From: an uncultured Anaerolineae bacterium
GTDB lineage: Bacteria; Chloroflexota; Anaerolineae; Aggregatilineales; UBA3940
DNA length: 64,000 nt
Reading direction: 5' to 3'
NCBI GenBank assembly: GCA_964603985.1
Contig: CAZRXG010000001.1
Coordinates: forward strand, 170,363-234,362
The notes beneath the pieces are model-generated. The model was not told where the DNA came from. It ran no database searches and worked only from the letters and a program-made list of their open reading frames with translations. The position numbers and the translations under genes were made by a program. This document shows positions 17,208-25,705 of this stretch, one piece after another. How positions within the stretch are numbered: the stretch's first letter is position 1; each line of letters starts with the position of its first letter.

Positions 17208-18443
17208 ATGAGCAAGGTCAAGACGACTGTTAAGGCCCTGGATGGCAACGCGGCCATCGCCGAGGCAATGCGCCAGATCAACCCGGATGTGGTTGCCGCC
17301 TACCCGATCACTCCTTCGACGGCCATCCCGCAGACCTTCTCGCAGTTCGTGGCCGATGGGCTGGTCGACACCGAGTTCGTCCCGGTGGAGAGCGAGCACA
17401 GCGCAATGAGCGCCTGCATCGGCGCAGCGGCAGCCGGTGGGCGCGTCATGACGGCGACGGCCAGCGCCGGGCTGGCGCTGATGTGGGAGGTTGTCTACGT
17501 GGCGGCCAGCACGCGCCTGCCGATTGTGATGGCGATCGTCAACCGCGCGCTCAGCGCCCCGATCAACATCCACTGCGACCACTCGGACTCGATGGGCGCA
17601 CGTGACTCAGGCTGGATTCAACTCTACTCGGAGAACGCACAGGAAGCCTACGAGAACACCTTCCAGGCGGTGCGCATCGCCGAGCACATGGACGTGCGCC
17701 TGCCGGTGATGGTCATGCAGGACGGCTTCATCACCAGCCACGGTGTGGAGCGCGTCGAAGTGTACGACGACGCGGCCATACGGGACTTCCTGGGCGAGCT
17801 CCAGGCAATCTACCCCCTGCTGGATGTCGACAACCCTGTTACTTACGGCCCCCTCGACTTCTACGACTACTACTACGAGCACAAGCGCCAGCAGGTCGAG
17901 GCGATGCGCAACGCGCCGGACGTGATCAGGGCAGTCGGCAAGGAGTTCGGCAAGAAGTTCGGGCGTGAGTATGGCATGTTCGAGACCTACGCGCTGGACG
18001 ATGCCGACGTTGCCATCGTGGTGCTTTCTTCGACCGCCGGGACGGCCCGCGTGACGGTTGACAGGCTGCGGGCAGAAGGCCTCAAGGTCGGGCTGCTCAA
18101 GCCGCGCGTTTTCCGTCCTTTCCCCGCCGACGAGTTGGTCGACGCGCTGCGGAACCTGAAGGCAATCGCGGTCATGGACCGCGCGATCTCCTTCGGCGCG
18201 TTGGATAACTGCGGCCCCCTGTGGCTGGAGATAGTCAGCGCGGCTTATACGCGCGGGCTGCAAATCCCAATCGTGGACTACATCTTCGGGCTGGGTGGCC
18301 GTGACACCACCATAGCGGAGGTCGAAAACATCTACCGCCATATTCTGCACGTGGCCGAAACCGGCCAGGTCGATCAGAACGTCCACTACGTCGGCGTGCG
18401 TGGCGAAGAGCCTTTGCTCGCGGGCAACGGGCACAAGGGTTAG
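17208..18443 (+). CDS. porA: pyruvate:ferredoxin oxidoreductase alpha subunit
   Basis: DGNAAIA, AYPITP, VESEHSA, TATASAGL, NRALSAPINIHCDHSD. Confidence 0.93.
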   Translation: MSKVKTTVKALDGNAAIAEAMRQINPDVVAAYPITPSTAIPQTFSQFVADGLVDTEFVPVESEHSAMSACIGAAAAGGRVMTATASAGLALMWEVVYVAASTRLPIVMAIVNRALSAPINIHCDHSDSMGARDSGWIQLYSENAQEAYENTFQAVRIAEHMDVRLPVMVMQDGFITSHGVERVEVYDDAAIRDFLGELQAIYPLLDVDNPVTYGPLDFYDYYYEHKRQQVEAMRNAPDVIRAVGKEFGKKFGREYGMFETYALDDADVAIVVLSSTAGTARVTVDRLRAEGLKVGLLKPRVFRPFPADELVDALRNLKAIAVMDRAISFGALDNCGPLWLEIVSAAYTRGLQIPIVDYIFGLGGRDTTIAEVENIYRHILHVAETGQVDQNVHYVGVRGEEPLLAGNGHKG

Positions 18444-18461
18444 CCGGGGAGGAAAAACGAA

Positions 18462-19409
18462 ATGGCAATTGAAATCAATACCCGCTTTACGCTGAAAGAC
18501 ATCGCAGCAAAGGAAGACCGGCTCAGCCCTGGGCACCGCATGTGCGCGGGCTGCGGCGCGCCAATCATTGTGCGCCAGATCCTCAATGCGATTGAAGAAC
18601 CGGTCGTCGTCGCCAACGCGACAGGCTGCCTGGAAGTCGCCACGACGATCTATCCCTACACCGCCTGGCGTGTGCCCTGGATCCACAGCGCCTTCGAGAA
18701 CGCCGCCGCGACAATCGCTGGCGTCGAGGCGATGTACCGCTCGCTGGTACGCCAGGGCAAGATCGAGGATAGGAACATCAAGTTCCTGGCCTTTGGTGGT
18801 GACGGCGGCACGTACGACATTGGCCTCCAGGCCCTGAGCGGGGCGCTGGAGCGCGGTCACAATTTCCTGTACATCTGCTACGATAACCAGGGCTACATGA
18901 ACACCGGCATCCAGCGCTCAAGCGCGACGCCCCACGGCGCGGCGACCACCACGTCGCCCGCCGGGACGGTGATCCCCGGCAAGCCCCAGTTCCGCAAGGA
19001 CCTGACGGCTATCGTCGCCGCTCACGATATCCCCTATGCAGCACAGGCGTCACTGTTCCGCTGGAAGGACCTGATGACCAAGGTCCGCAAGGCGGTCGCT
19101 GCCAATGGCCCGTCCTTCCTCAACGTCTACGCGCCCTGCAATCGCGGCTGGCGCATCGACACCAGCGACACCATCGAAAACTCGAAGCTGGCCGTCGATA
19201 GCTGCTTCTGGCCGCTGTTTGAGGTCGAGTACGGGGAGTGGAAGGTCAACTACAAACCGCGCGAAAAGCTGCCGGTCCGGGAATGGGTTCAGGCGGAGGG
19301 ACGCTTCAAGCACCTCTTCACGCCCGGCAACGAGCACGTCATCGACGAGCTGCAGGCCGAGGTCGACCGGCGTTGGGAGATGCTGCTCAAGCGGGCCGGT
19401 GAGCTGTAG
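18462..19409 (+). CDS. porB: pyruvate:ferredoxin oxidoreductase beta subunit
   Basis: GHRMCAGC, ATGCLEV, FENAAA, GGDGGTYDIG, DNQGYMNTGIQRS, APCNRGW. Confidence 0.93.
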   Translation: MAIEINTRFTLKDIAAKEDRLSPGHRMCAGCGAPIIVRQILNAIEEPVVVANATGCLEVATTIYPYTAWRVPWIHSAFENAAATIAGVEAMYRSLVRQGKIEDRNIKFLAFGGDGGTYDIGLQALSGALERGHNFLYICYDNQGYMNTGIQRSSATPHGAATTTSPAGTVIPGKPQFRKDLTAIVAAHDIPYAAQASLFRWKDLMTKVRKAVAANGPSFLNVYAPCNRGWRIDTSDTIENSKLAVDSCFWPLFEVEYGEWKVNYKPREKLPVREWVQAEGRFKHLFTPGNEHVIDELQAEVDRRWEMLLKRAGEL

Positions 19410-19436
19410 CCGGGCCCAGCCTACCAGACAGATCCA

Positions 19437-19465
19437 GGGGACGCTCGCAAGCAGCGTCCCCTTTT
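19437..19465 (+). terminator. intrinsic terminator of the por operon
   Basis: GGGGACGCT-cgcaagc-AGCGTCCCC followed by TTTT. Confidence 0.85.
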
Positions 19466-19554
19466 GCTTCTAATTTTTCACAAAAGCCCCCCGGCGTGGT
19501 TATAGTAAGTGAAGACATTGGCAGGCAGCAGATCCCGAACACGGTGGACACCCT

Positions 19555-20088
19555 ATGACGGCAGCACCCCTGCGCTTTGAGACCCTGATCGAGCGCCATC
19601 ACGACGAGATATTCGCCTACCTGTGGCGGCTGCTCGACGGAGCCAGCAGGCGCGACTACGCGGTAGATGCGGAGGATTTGACGCAGGAAGTCTTTATGCG
19701 GGCTTACCGGGCCTTCGAGCGGCTCAGGCCGGGCAGTAATTACCGGGCGTGGCTCTACAAGATCGCCACCAACTGCGCGTACACGGCCTTGAAGCGCGAC
19801 CGGCGGCAGGCGCGGCGCATCACACCCCTGGGCGACGAAGTCAACCATATACCGGAGGGTGGGCCATCGCACGATGATCGGGTCATTGTCAAAGAATCGG
19901 TGGCGCTGGTGCGGCAGGCTATCGGCGCACTGCCGCCCAGTCAGCGGGCGGCGGTGATCATGCGTCACATCCAGGGGTTGGATTACGCGGAGATCGCGGC
20001 GGCGATGGACTGCTCCGAAGACAGCGCCCGCGCCAACGTCTACCAGGCGATCCGCCGCCTGCGCCGGGATCTGGCGCATAACGAATAG
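19555..20088 (+). CDS. ECF RNA polymerase sigma factor
   Basis: Region 2 DAEDLTQEVF..WLYKIATN; region 4 LPPSQR..YAEIA..; 177 aa. Confidence 0.92.
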   Translation: MTAAPLRFETLIERHHDEIFAYLWRLLDGASRRDYAVDAEDLTQEVFMRAYRAFERLRPGSNYRAWLYKIATNCAYTALKRDRRQARRITPLGDEVNHIPEGGPSHDDRVIVKESVALVRQAIGALPPSQRAAVIMRHIQGLDYAEIAAAMDCSEDSARANVYQAIRRLRRDLAHNE

Positions 20089-20097
20089 AGGCAGCCG

Positions 20098-20697
20098 ATG
20101 GACGAACAACTGTTAAAGCATCTTCAGGACGTAACGGGCACCCCACCCCGAGACGCGGTAGCGCACTCACAGCGCCGGGTTGGGGCATGGTTTGCGGAGG
20201 CGGCCCCACTGCTCCTTTGGGATGTGGTCGAGTCGCCGGTCGGCCCGCTCGTGCTCGTGGCGAGTGACAGGGGTCTGCGCGGCGTGGGCTTCGGCGCAGA
20301 CCCGGACGCTTTTCTGGGGCGGCTCGACCCCCTGGCCCGCGCCGAACAAAACGACGAAGCCCTGGCCTTCGTCACGCGGGCACTGGGCGAGTACTTCGCC
20401 GGGAAGCGTTTCCACCTCGACCTTCCCATCGACTTTGGCCGGATGAAGCCCTTCCAGCGAAGCGTCTTGCAGGTTGCCTATACCATTCCCTCCGGGACAG
20501 TTTGGACATATAAGCAGGTGGCGCAGGCTGTCGACAGGCCGGAGGCCAGCCGGGCGGTCGGGCAGGCGCTGGCCCGCAACCCCATACCGATTGTCTTGCC
20601 CTGCCACCGCGTGGTCGGCAGCAGCGGCGGGCTGCGTGGATACGGCGGTGGACTGGAGATCAAACGATACCTGCTGAAGCTGGAAGGAGCCTTGTGA
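20098..20697 (+). CDS. ogt: methylated-DNA-[protein]-cysteine S-methyltransferase with N-terminal extension
   Basis: Active site PCHRV; SPVGPL, TYKQVA, RAVGQA, GYGGGL..K..LL.LE. Confidence 0.92.
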   Translation: MDEQLLKHLQDVTGTPPRDAVAHSQRRVGAWFAEAAPLLLWDVVESPVGPLVLVASDRGLRGVGFGADPDAFLGRLDPLARAEQNDEALAFVTRALGEYFAGKRFHLDLPIDFGRMKPFQRSVLQVAYTIPSGTVWTYKQVAQAVDRPEASRAVGQALARNPIPIVLPCHRVVGSSGGLRGYGGGLEIKRYLLKLEGAL

Positions 20698-20708
20698 CCC
20701 GCTATCAG

Positions 20709-20733
20709 GCCCCCGGCTGCACAGGCCGGGGGC
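20709..20733 (+). terminator. GC-rich hairpin after ogt (no U-tract)
   Basis: GCCCCCGGC-tgcacag-GCCGGGGGC. Confidence 0.5.
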
Positions 20734-20791
20734 ACCTCGCGCCCCTCGTGATTCCGTCCCTCTGAGTGATCCTGGACGTGTGACGCCCCGC

Positions 20792-20820
20792 TTTACACTG
20801 CCCGCACAATTTGTTACAAT
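20792..20820 (+). promoter_or_regulatory. sigma70-type promoter of lysR
   Basis: TTTACA-N17-TACAAT. Confidence 0.6.
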
Positions 20821-20828
20821 ATTCACAA
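20811..20828. promoter_or_regulatory. Rex-like operator overlapping the -10 box
   Basis: TTGTTACaataTTCACAA vs Rex consensus TTGTGAA-N4-TTCACAA (2 mismatches, perfect right half). Confidence 0.55.
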
Positions 20829-20872
20829 GAATCCCCGGTAGTTGGTTAAGCCAGGCTGGATTGGACTCGTTT

Positions 20873-21862
20873 ATGCTGAACATCCACGAACTAGAGGTAT
20901 TTCTCACAGCCGCCGAGACCGAGAACTTCTCAGAAGCTGGACGTAAGCTGAACATCTCGCAGCCCGCCGTGAGCATGCAGATTCGCTCGTTGGAAGATCG
21001 GCTGAGCATGGATCTGTTTCACCGGTCGGGGCGGCACATCGCCCTGACCGAAGCGGGGCGGGCGCTGGTGCCAATGGCCCGCAACCTGCTCGAACAGGCG
21101 ATCCAGATCGAAGAGGCGATGGCCTCGCTGCAGGGAGAGATCGTCGGCCAGCTCAGGCTGGGCTGCAGCACGGCGGCGGGCAAGTACGTCCTTCCCAGGC
21201 TCCTCTCCGGTCTCCGCGAGGAGCATCCCCGGATAGACGTGGCCTGTCACATCGCCCCACACGGTGTGGCGCTGCAGATGCTGCAAGAAGGGGGGATTCA
21301 CGTTGCGCTCACCGGTCTGGGTGAGCCACACAGGGGTATCGAGTACCGGCCTTTCCTGACCGATCCCGTCGTCCTCATCGCCCCGCCTGATCATCCCTGG
21401 GCACGCAGCGACGAGGCCATCAAGCTTGACGACCTGCTGGCTGAGAACTTTATTCTCCACAGGGAGGAATCCGGCACGTATCAGGCGCTCAAGGAGGGGT
21501 TAGCCTGGCACGATCTAAGTCCCAATCACCTGAACACCGGCATGGTGCTGGGCGATTCGGAGGTAATCCGTATGGCCGTACAGGAGGGCGTCGGGGTCGC
21601 TTTCGCGTCGATGACGGTGGTGTCCGAGGCGGTTCAGGCGGGGATGCTGGCCGTCGTCCGGGTGGAGGGTCTGGAATTGAGCAAGACACTGTACCTGGCC
21701 CGCCGCACAGACCATCCCGTGAGTTGTGCCCAATCCGCCTTCTGGGAGTTCGCCTTTGCGCCGGAGAACAAGATGATCCGGCAGATCCCCGGCCCATTTG
21801 TCAACCCGGACGTGCTTACCCTCGACGAGCCTGGGGCTTCCGTATCTGCGGAGACAAAGTAA
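20873..21862 (+). CDS. LysR family transcriptional regulator (CysL-like)
   Basis: MLNIHELEVF..NFSEAGRKLNISQPAVSMQIRSLE; GCSTAAGKYVLP; ATG at 20873 preferred. Confidence 0.92.
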   Translation: MLNIHELEVFLTAAETENFSEAGRKLNISQPAVSMQIRSLEDRLSMDLFHRSGRHIALTEAGRALVPMARNLLEQAIQIEEAMASLQGEIVGQLRLGCSTAAGKYVLPRLLSGLREEHPRIDVACHIAPHGVALQMLQEGGIHVALTGLGEPHRGIEYRPFLTDPVVLIAPPDHPWARSDEAIKLDDLLAENFILHREESGTYQALKEGLAWHDLSPNHLNTGMVLGDSEVIRMAVQEGVGVAFASMTVVSEAVQAGMLAVVRVEGLELSKTLYLARRTDHPVSCAQSAFWEFAFAPENKMIRQIPGPFVNPDVLTLDEPGASVSAETK

Positions 21863-21863
21863 A

Positions 21864-21887
21864 TGCCCCGCCACGAGTGGTGGGGCA
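21864..21887. terminator. hairpin between convergent genes
   Basis: TGCCCCGCCA-cgag-TGGTGGGGCA (one G-U pair). Confidence 0.55.
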
Positions 21888-21919
21888 CTCCTGCGAGGCT
21901 AACCGGGAGGAGCCTCCCG

Positions 21920-22900
21920 CTAGCTGTGGCCCAGCACCGGGTGCGGCGTGTAAAGCTCCTCCAGGAAGGTGATCTCCTCCTCTGAAAGGTCGATCTCCAG
22001 TGCGGCGACCGCCTCCTCCAGGTGAGGCATCTTGCTTGCGCCGATGATCGGGCTGGTGATGCCCGGCTTGTGGAGCATCCAGGCCAGCGCGATCTGCGCG
22101 GGTGAGTTGCCGCGCCGCTCCGCCAGTTCGACCACGCGGTCCACGATGTCGAAATCGGCGTCTTGATAGTACATGTCGTGCGCGTAATCATCGACCTGTG
22201 AGCGGGTGGTCTTGCCGCCTTTGTCGCGTGTGCGGTTGCCCGCCAGGAAGCCGCGTGCCATCGGACTCCAGGGGATGATCCCCACCCCCTGGTCGATGCA
22301 GAGCGGGATCATCTCCCGCTCCTCCTCCCGGTAGATCAGGTTATAGTGGTTCTGCATCGCGACGAAGCGCGTCCAGCCGTGCAGGTCGGCGGTGTACAGC
22401 ATCTTGGCGAACTGCCAGGCGTACATGCTGGACGCGCCGATGTAACGCGCCTTGCCCGCCTTGACCACATCGTGCAGCGCCTCCAGCGTCTCCTCGACCG
22501 GTGTCTCAGGGTCCCAGCGGTGAATCTGGTAAAGATCGACGTAGTCAGTACCCAGCCGCTGCAGCGAGGCATCAATAGAATCCAGGATGTGCTTACGGCT
22601 CAGGCCGCTCTGGTTGGGTTTATCGCCCATCGGGAAGAAAACCTTGGTGGCGACGATGACCTCGTCACGCTTGGCGAAGTCGCGCAGTGCCCGCCCCAGC
22701 ACTTCCTCGCTGACACCAAGCGAGTACATGTCGGCTGTGTCGATGAAGTTAATGCCCAGCTCCAACGCCCGCCTGATGAAGGGGCGGCTGTCCTCCTCCG
22801 GGAGCACCCAGTCACGCCACTCAGGCGTGCCGTAAGTCATGGTGCCCAGACAGATGCGGGAAACCTTAAGGCCGCTGCGGCCCAGGTTGGTGTACTCCAT
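21920..22900 (-). CDS. aldo/keto reductase (aryl-alcohol dehydrogenase-like)
   Basis: LGRSGLKVSRICLGTM, DTADMYS, ATKV, DLYQIHRWD, PWSPMARG. Confidence 0.93.
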   Translation of the reverse strand: MEYTNLGRSGLKVSRICLGTMTYGTPEWRDWVLPEEDSRPFIRRALELGINFIDTADMYSLGVSEEVLGRALRDFAKRDEVIVATKVFFPMGDKPNQSGLSRKHILDSIDASLQRLGTDYVDLYQIHRWDPETPVEETLEALHDVVKAGKARYIGASSMYAWQFAKMLYTADLHGWTRFVAMQNHYNLIYREEEREMIPLCIDQGVGIIPWSPMARGFLAGNRTRDKGGKTTRSQVDDYAHDMYYQDADFDIVDRVVELAERRGNSPAQIALAWMLHKPGITSPIIGASKMPHLEEAVAALEIDLSEEEITFLEELYTPHPVLGHS

Positions 22901-22929
22901 TGCCGTTCCTTTCTTCGCTGACTCGTCGG

Positions 22930-23331
22930 TTATCCGGTGTTTTTCACCTTGGCCTCTACTCGCTCAAGGAAGCGCTCAACGTCGATCACGTAGCGGGTGT
23001 GGGTTCCCTCGCCGATCAGCTCCTCCTCGTCCCACGCCTGGACGGTGAATGTCACACGCCGCCCGTCGACTTCGGTCACCTCGGCGCGTGCCCGGACCTG
23101 GTGTCCGAGCGGTGTGGCCGCCAGATGCCGCACCTCAAGCGAGGAGCCTACGCTGGCCTGCCCTTCAGGCAGGAGTGGATCGATGGCAGCGACGGCGGCA
23201 GCCTCCATCAGAGCGATCATGGCGGGTGTGGCATATACGTCGATCCCGCCGCTTCCCAGGTGAGCGGCCGTGAGGGTCTCGGTGACGGTTGCTGCCTGCT
23301 CGCCAACTAGGCCCGGTTGTATCGTCTCCAT
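22930..23331 (-). CDS. hotdog-fold thioesterase (fluoroacetyl-CoA thioesterase FlK-like)
   Basis: GSG..VYATPAMIALMEAA, VRHLAATPLG, GEGTHTR. Confidence 0.88.
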   Translation of the reverse strand: METIQPGLVGEQAATVTETLTAAHLGSGGIDVYATPAMIALMEAAAVAAIDPLLPEGQASVGSSLEVRHLAATPLGHQVRARAEVTEVDGRRVTFTVQAWDEEELIGEGTHTRYVIDVERFLERVEAKVKNTG

Positions 23332-23465
23332 GCAAAGTACCTCCTGCGTACTGATAGTATAGAGGGAGTTGGTCAGAAAAAAAGTGGGCGCGGCTGTGAA
23401 GCTGGGTTATGATTCTTGCGGCTGCCGCGTCGAGGCAGCACTCTCCAGTCGCAAAGGAGAAAACC

Positions 23466-24119
23466 GTGCACGAAGAACTATTCGAGGCCATGGCCCGGAG
23501 TGTCATCGACGGTGAAGAAGAGATCGCCGTGGAGTTAGCACAGCGGGCCGTCACCGGGGACATCGATCCCCTGGAAGCCATCAACCGGGGGTTTGTCATC
23601 GGCGTGAACGAGGTCGGCGAGCGGTTTGGCTGCGGTGAGGTGTTCCTGCCCGACCTGGTGATGGCGGGCAAGGCGATGAAGGCCGCCATCGCCTTGCTGG
23701 AGCCGGAGATGACCCGCCGGGGCACCGAGCGCCAGGTGTTGGGCCGGGTGGTGCTGGGCACCGTCGAGGGCGACATCCACGAGATCGGTAAGATGCTGGT
23801 CGGCATCATGCTGACGGCGAACGGTTTTGAGGTCCACGACCTGGGTGTGGACGTGCCGGTCGCGAAGTTCGTCGAGAAGGCGCGCGAGGTGAGCGCCGAC
23901 ATCGTCGGCCTGAGCGCCCTGCTGACCACGACGATGCCCCAGCAGAAGCGCGTCATTGAGCTGCTGGAGGACGGCGGTCTGCGCCATAGCGTCAAGGTGA
24001 TGGTGGGCGGCTCGCCCGTCACCCGGAGTTGGGCCGACGAGATCGGCGCGGACGGCTACAGCGAGGACGCCATCGGCGCGGTGAAGGTCGCCAAAGATCT
24101 GGTCGAGGCGTCGTCATGA
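23466..24119 (+). CDS. cobalamin-binding corrinoid protein (MttC/MtbC-like)
   Basis: B12 cap (GEVFLPDL), EGDIHEIGK (DxHxxG), DLGVDVP, LSALLTTTM, VGGSPV; GTG start after AAGGAG. Confidence 0.92.
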   Translation: MHEELFEAMARSVIDGEEEIAVELAQRAVTGDIDPLEAINRGFVIGVNEVGERFGCGEVFLPDLVMAGKAMKAAIALLEPEMTRRGTERQVLGRVVLGTVEGDIHEIGKMLVGIMLTANGFEVHDLGVDVPVAKFVEKAREVSADIVGLSALLTTTMPQQKRVIELLEDGGLRHSVKVMVGGSPVTRSWADEIGADGYSEDAIGAVKVAKDLVEASS

Positions 24120-25570
24120 GCCGCGAGATTACCTCTATCAGCAGCCCCCGGTTGAGCCTCAACATTCTCAGCCGGGAGGACGTGGAGCGCATCCACACCG
24201 CCACACTGGATGTCATCGAGAAGACCGGCGTGCGCTTTCCCTCGCAGCGTGCGCTCGACATCTGGGAGGCTCACGGCGCGACCGTCGACCGGGACACCAT
24301 GATCGTCCGGGTTCCCGGTCAGGTGATCGAAGAAGCGCTCAAGCACGCGCCGCCGACCTACATGCTGGCCGCCCGCGACCCGGCGCAGGATCTGCCGCTG
24401 GATGGCAATCACGTCTTCGTAGGCACCGACGGCTGCGGCGTGGAGGTGCTCGACCTGTACACCGCCGAGCGCCGCCGATCATGCTGGCAGGACGTGGCCG
24501 ACATCGCACGCGTCGCCGATGCTGTGGAAGAGATCGCCTTCCACTGGGTGGCCGTCTCGGCGCAGGATCGCCCGCCCGAATCGCGCGGCCTGCACGAATT
24601 GCTCGCCATCTGGCAAAACTCGACCAAGCACGCCCAGACGGAAAGCATTTACGCCACCGAGGCGGAAGCGCGGGCCGGTGTCGAGATGGCTGCCACCATT
24701 GCCGGGGGGCACGACGCTCTGCGCCAGCGCCCGGTGCTCTCGGTCATGCAGTGCACGGCACCGCCGCTGGGGCACGACGGCGGCAGCCTCAACGCCGCCC
24801 TGATCGCCGCCGAGGCGGGTCTGCCAGTCGGGTTCATGACGATGGCCTCCTGCGCCTCGACCGGCCCGACGACGATGGCCGGTACGCTGGTCGTCGGCAA
24901 CGCGGAGGTGATCAGCGCGCTGGCGCTGATCCAGCTTGCCTATCCCGGTGTGCCGGTCTTTTACGCCGCCGCCCAGACGGCGATGGATCTCCGCACGGGC
25001 GCTTACACCGGCGGCGGCCCGGAGGACTTCCTGTTCGGCGCGGCCACCAACGTGCTGTCCGACTTCTACGACGTGCCGCTCTCGATGGGGTCGTTTGCCA
25101 CCGGTGCAAAGGAACCGGACTGGCAGGCGGGCATCGAGAACAGCCTCTCGACCTTTATGGCGTCGGTCGTCATGTCGGATATGCTGCTGGGCGTGGGGCT
25201 GCTGCACGGCAGTCGCATCTGGTCGTTTGAGCAGATGCTGATGGACTGTGAGATCTTCAGCATCGTGCACAAGATGATGGCCGGTATCCCGGTCAGCGAC
25301 GAGACGCTGGCCCTCGACGTGATCGACGCGGTGGGGCCGGGTGGTCACTTTCTGGCACAAAAGCACACCCGCAAACACATGCACGACCTGTGGCAGCACA
25401 CGCTGATGGACCGCCGCCCCTACAGCGTGTGGGAGGAGAAGCGCGATGGGGCCCGCGAGTGGGCGCGCGAAAAGGCGCAGCAGATTCTGGAGACGCACCA
25501 GCCTGAGACGCTCGACCCGAAGCTGGCCGCCGAATTGGAGCGTATTATCGCCTCGGTTGAAGAGGCGTGA
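24116..25570 (+). CDS. mttB: trimethylamine methyltransferase family protein (MttB-like, no pyrrolysine)
   Basis: ATG overlaps corrinoid gene stop; ERIHTATLDVIEKTGV, GTLVVGNAE, PDWQAG, SFEQ..DCEI, VGPGGHFL; no in-frame TAG. Confidence 0.9.
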   Translation: MSREITSISSPRLSLNILSREDVERIHTATLDVIEKTGVRFPSQRALDIWEAHGATVDRDTMIVRVPGQVIEEALKHAPPTYMLAARDPAQDLPLDGNHVFVGTDGCGVEVLDLYTAERRRSCWQDVADIARVADAVEEIAFHWVAVSAQDRPPESRGLHELLAIWQNSTKHAQTESIYATEAEARAGVEMAATIAGGHDALRQRPVLSVMQCTAPPLGHDGGSLNAALIAAEAGLPVGFMTMASCASTGPTTMAGTLVVGNAEVISALALIQLAYPGVPVFYAAAQTAMDLRTGAYTGGGPEDFLFGAATNVLSDFYDVPLSMGSFATGAKEPDWQAGIENSLSTFMASVVMSDMLLGVGLLHGSRIWSFEQMLMDCEIFSIVHKMMAGIPVSDETLALDVIDAVGPGGHFLAQKHTRKHMHDLWQHTLMDRRPYSVWEEKRDGAREWAREKAQQILETHQPETLDPKLAAELERIIASVEEA

Positions 25571-25705
25571 GACTAACCGTATCGCACGGCAACCTGTTAT
25601 GGAGAAGCTGATCGTGGTCTGCCCTGTCTCGATCCTGAGCGGAAGCAGATCGTATTTGAAGGACTGAATACCGGGCAGGATAACCTGGCCAGAAGAGGGA
25701 TTATA

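Noticed and set aside
23332-23465. Cobalamin riboswitch before the corrinoid gene
   Set aside because: The region is too short and lacks the B12-box; it has only a small GCTGCC/GGCAGC hairpin.
24116-25570. Pyrrolysine recoding in mttB
   Set aside because: The frame is continuous with no TAG, and no pyl genes are in the window.
25599-25667. 22-aa ORF MEKLIVVCPVSILSGSRSYLKD as a leader peptide
   Set aside because: No clear RBS, attenuator or informative residue bias.
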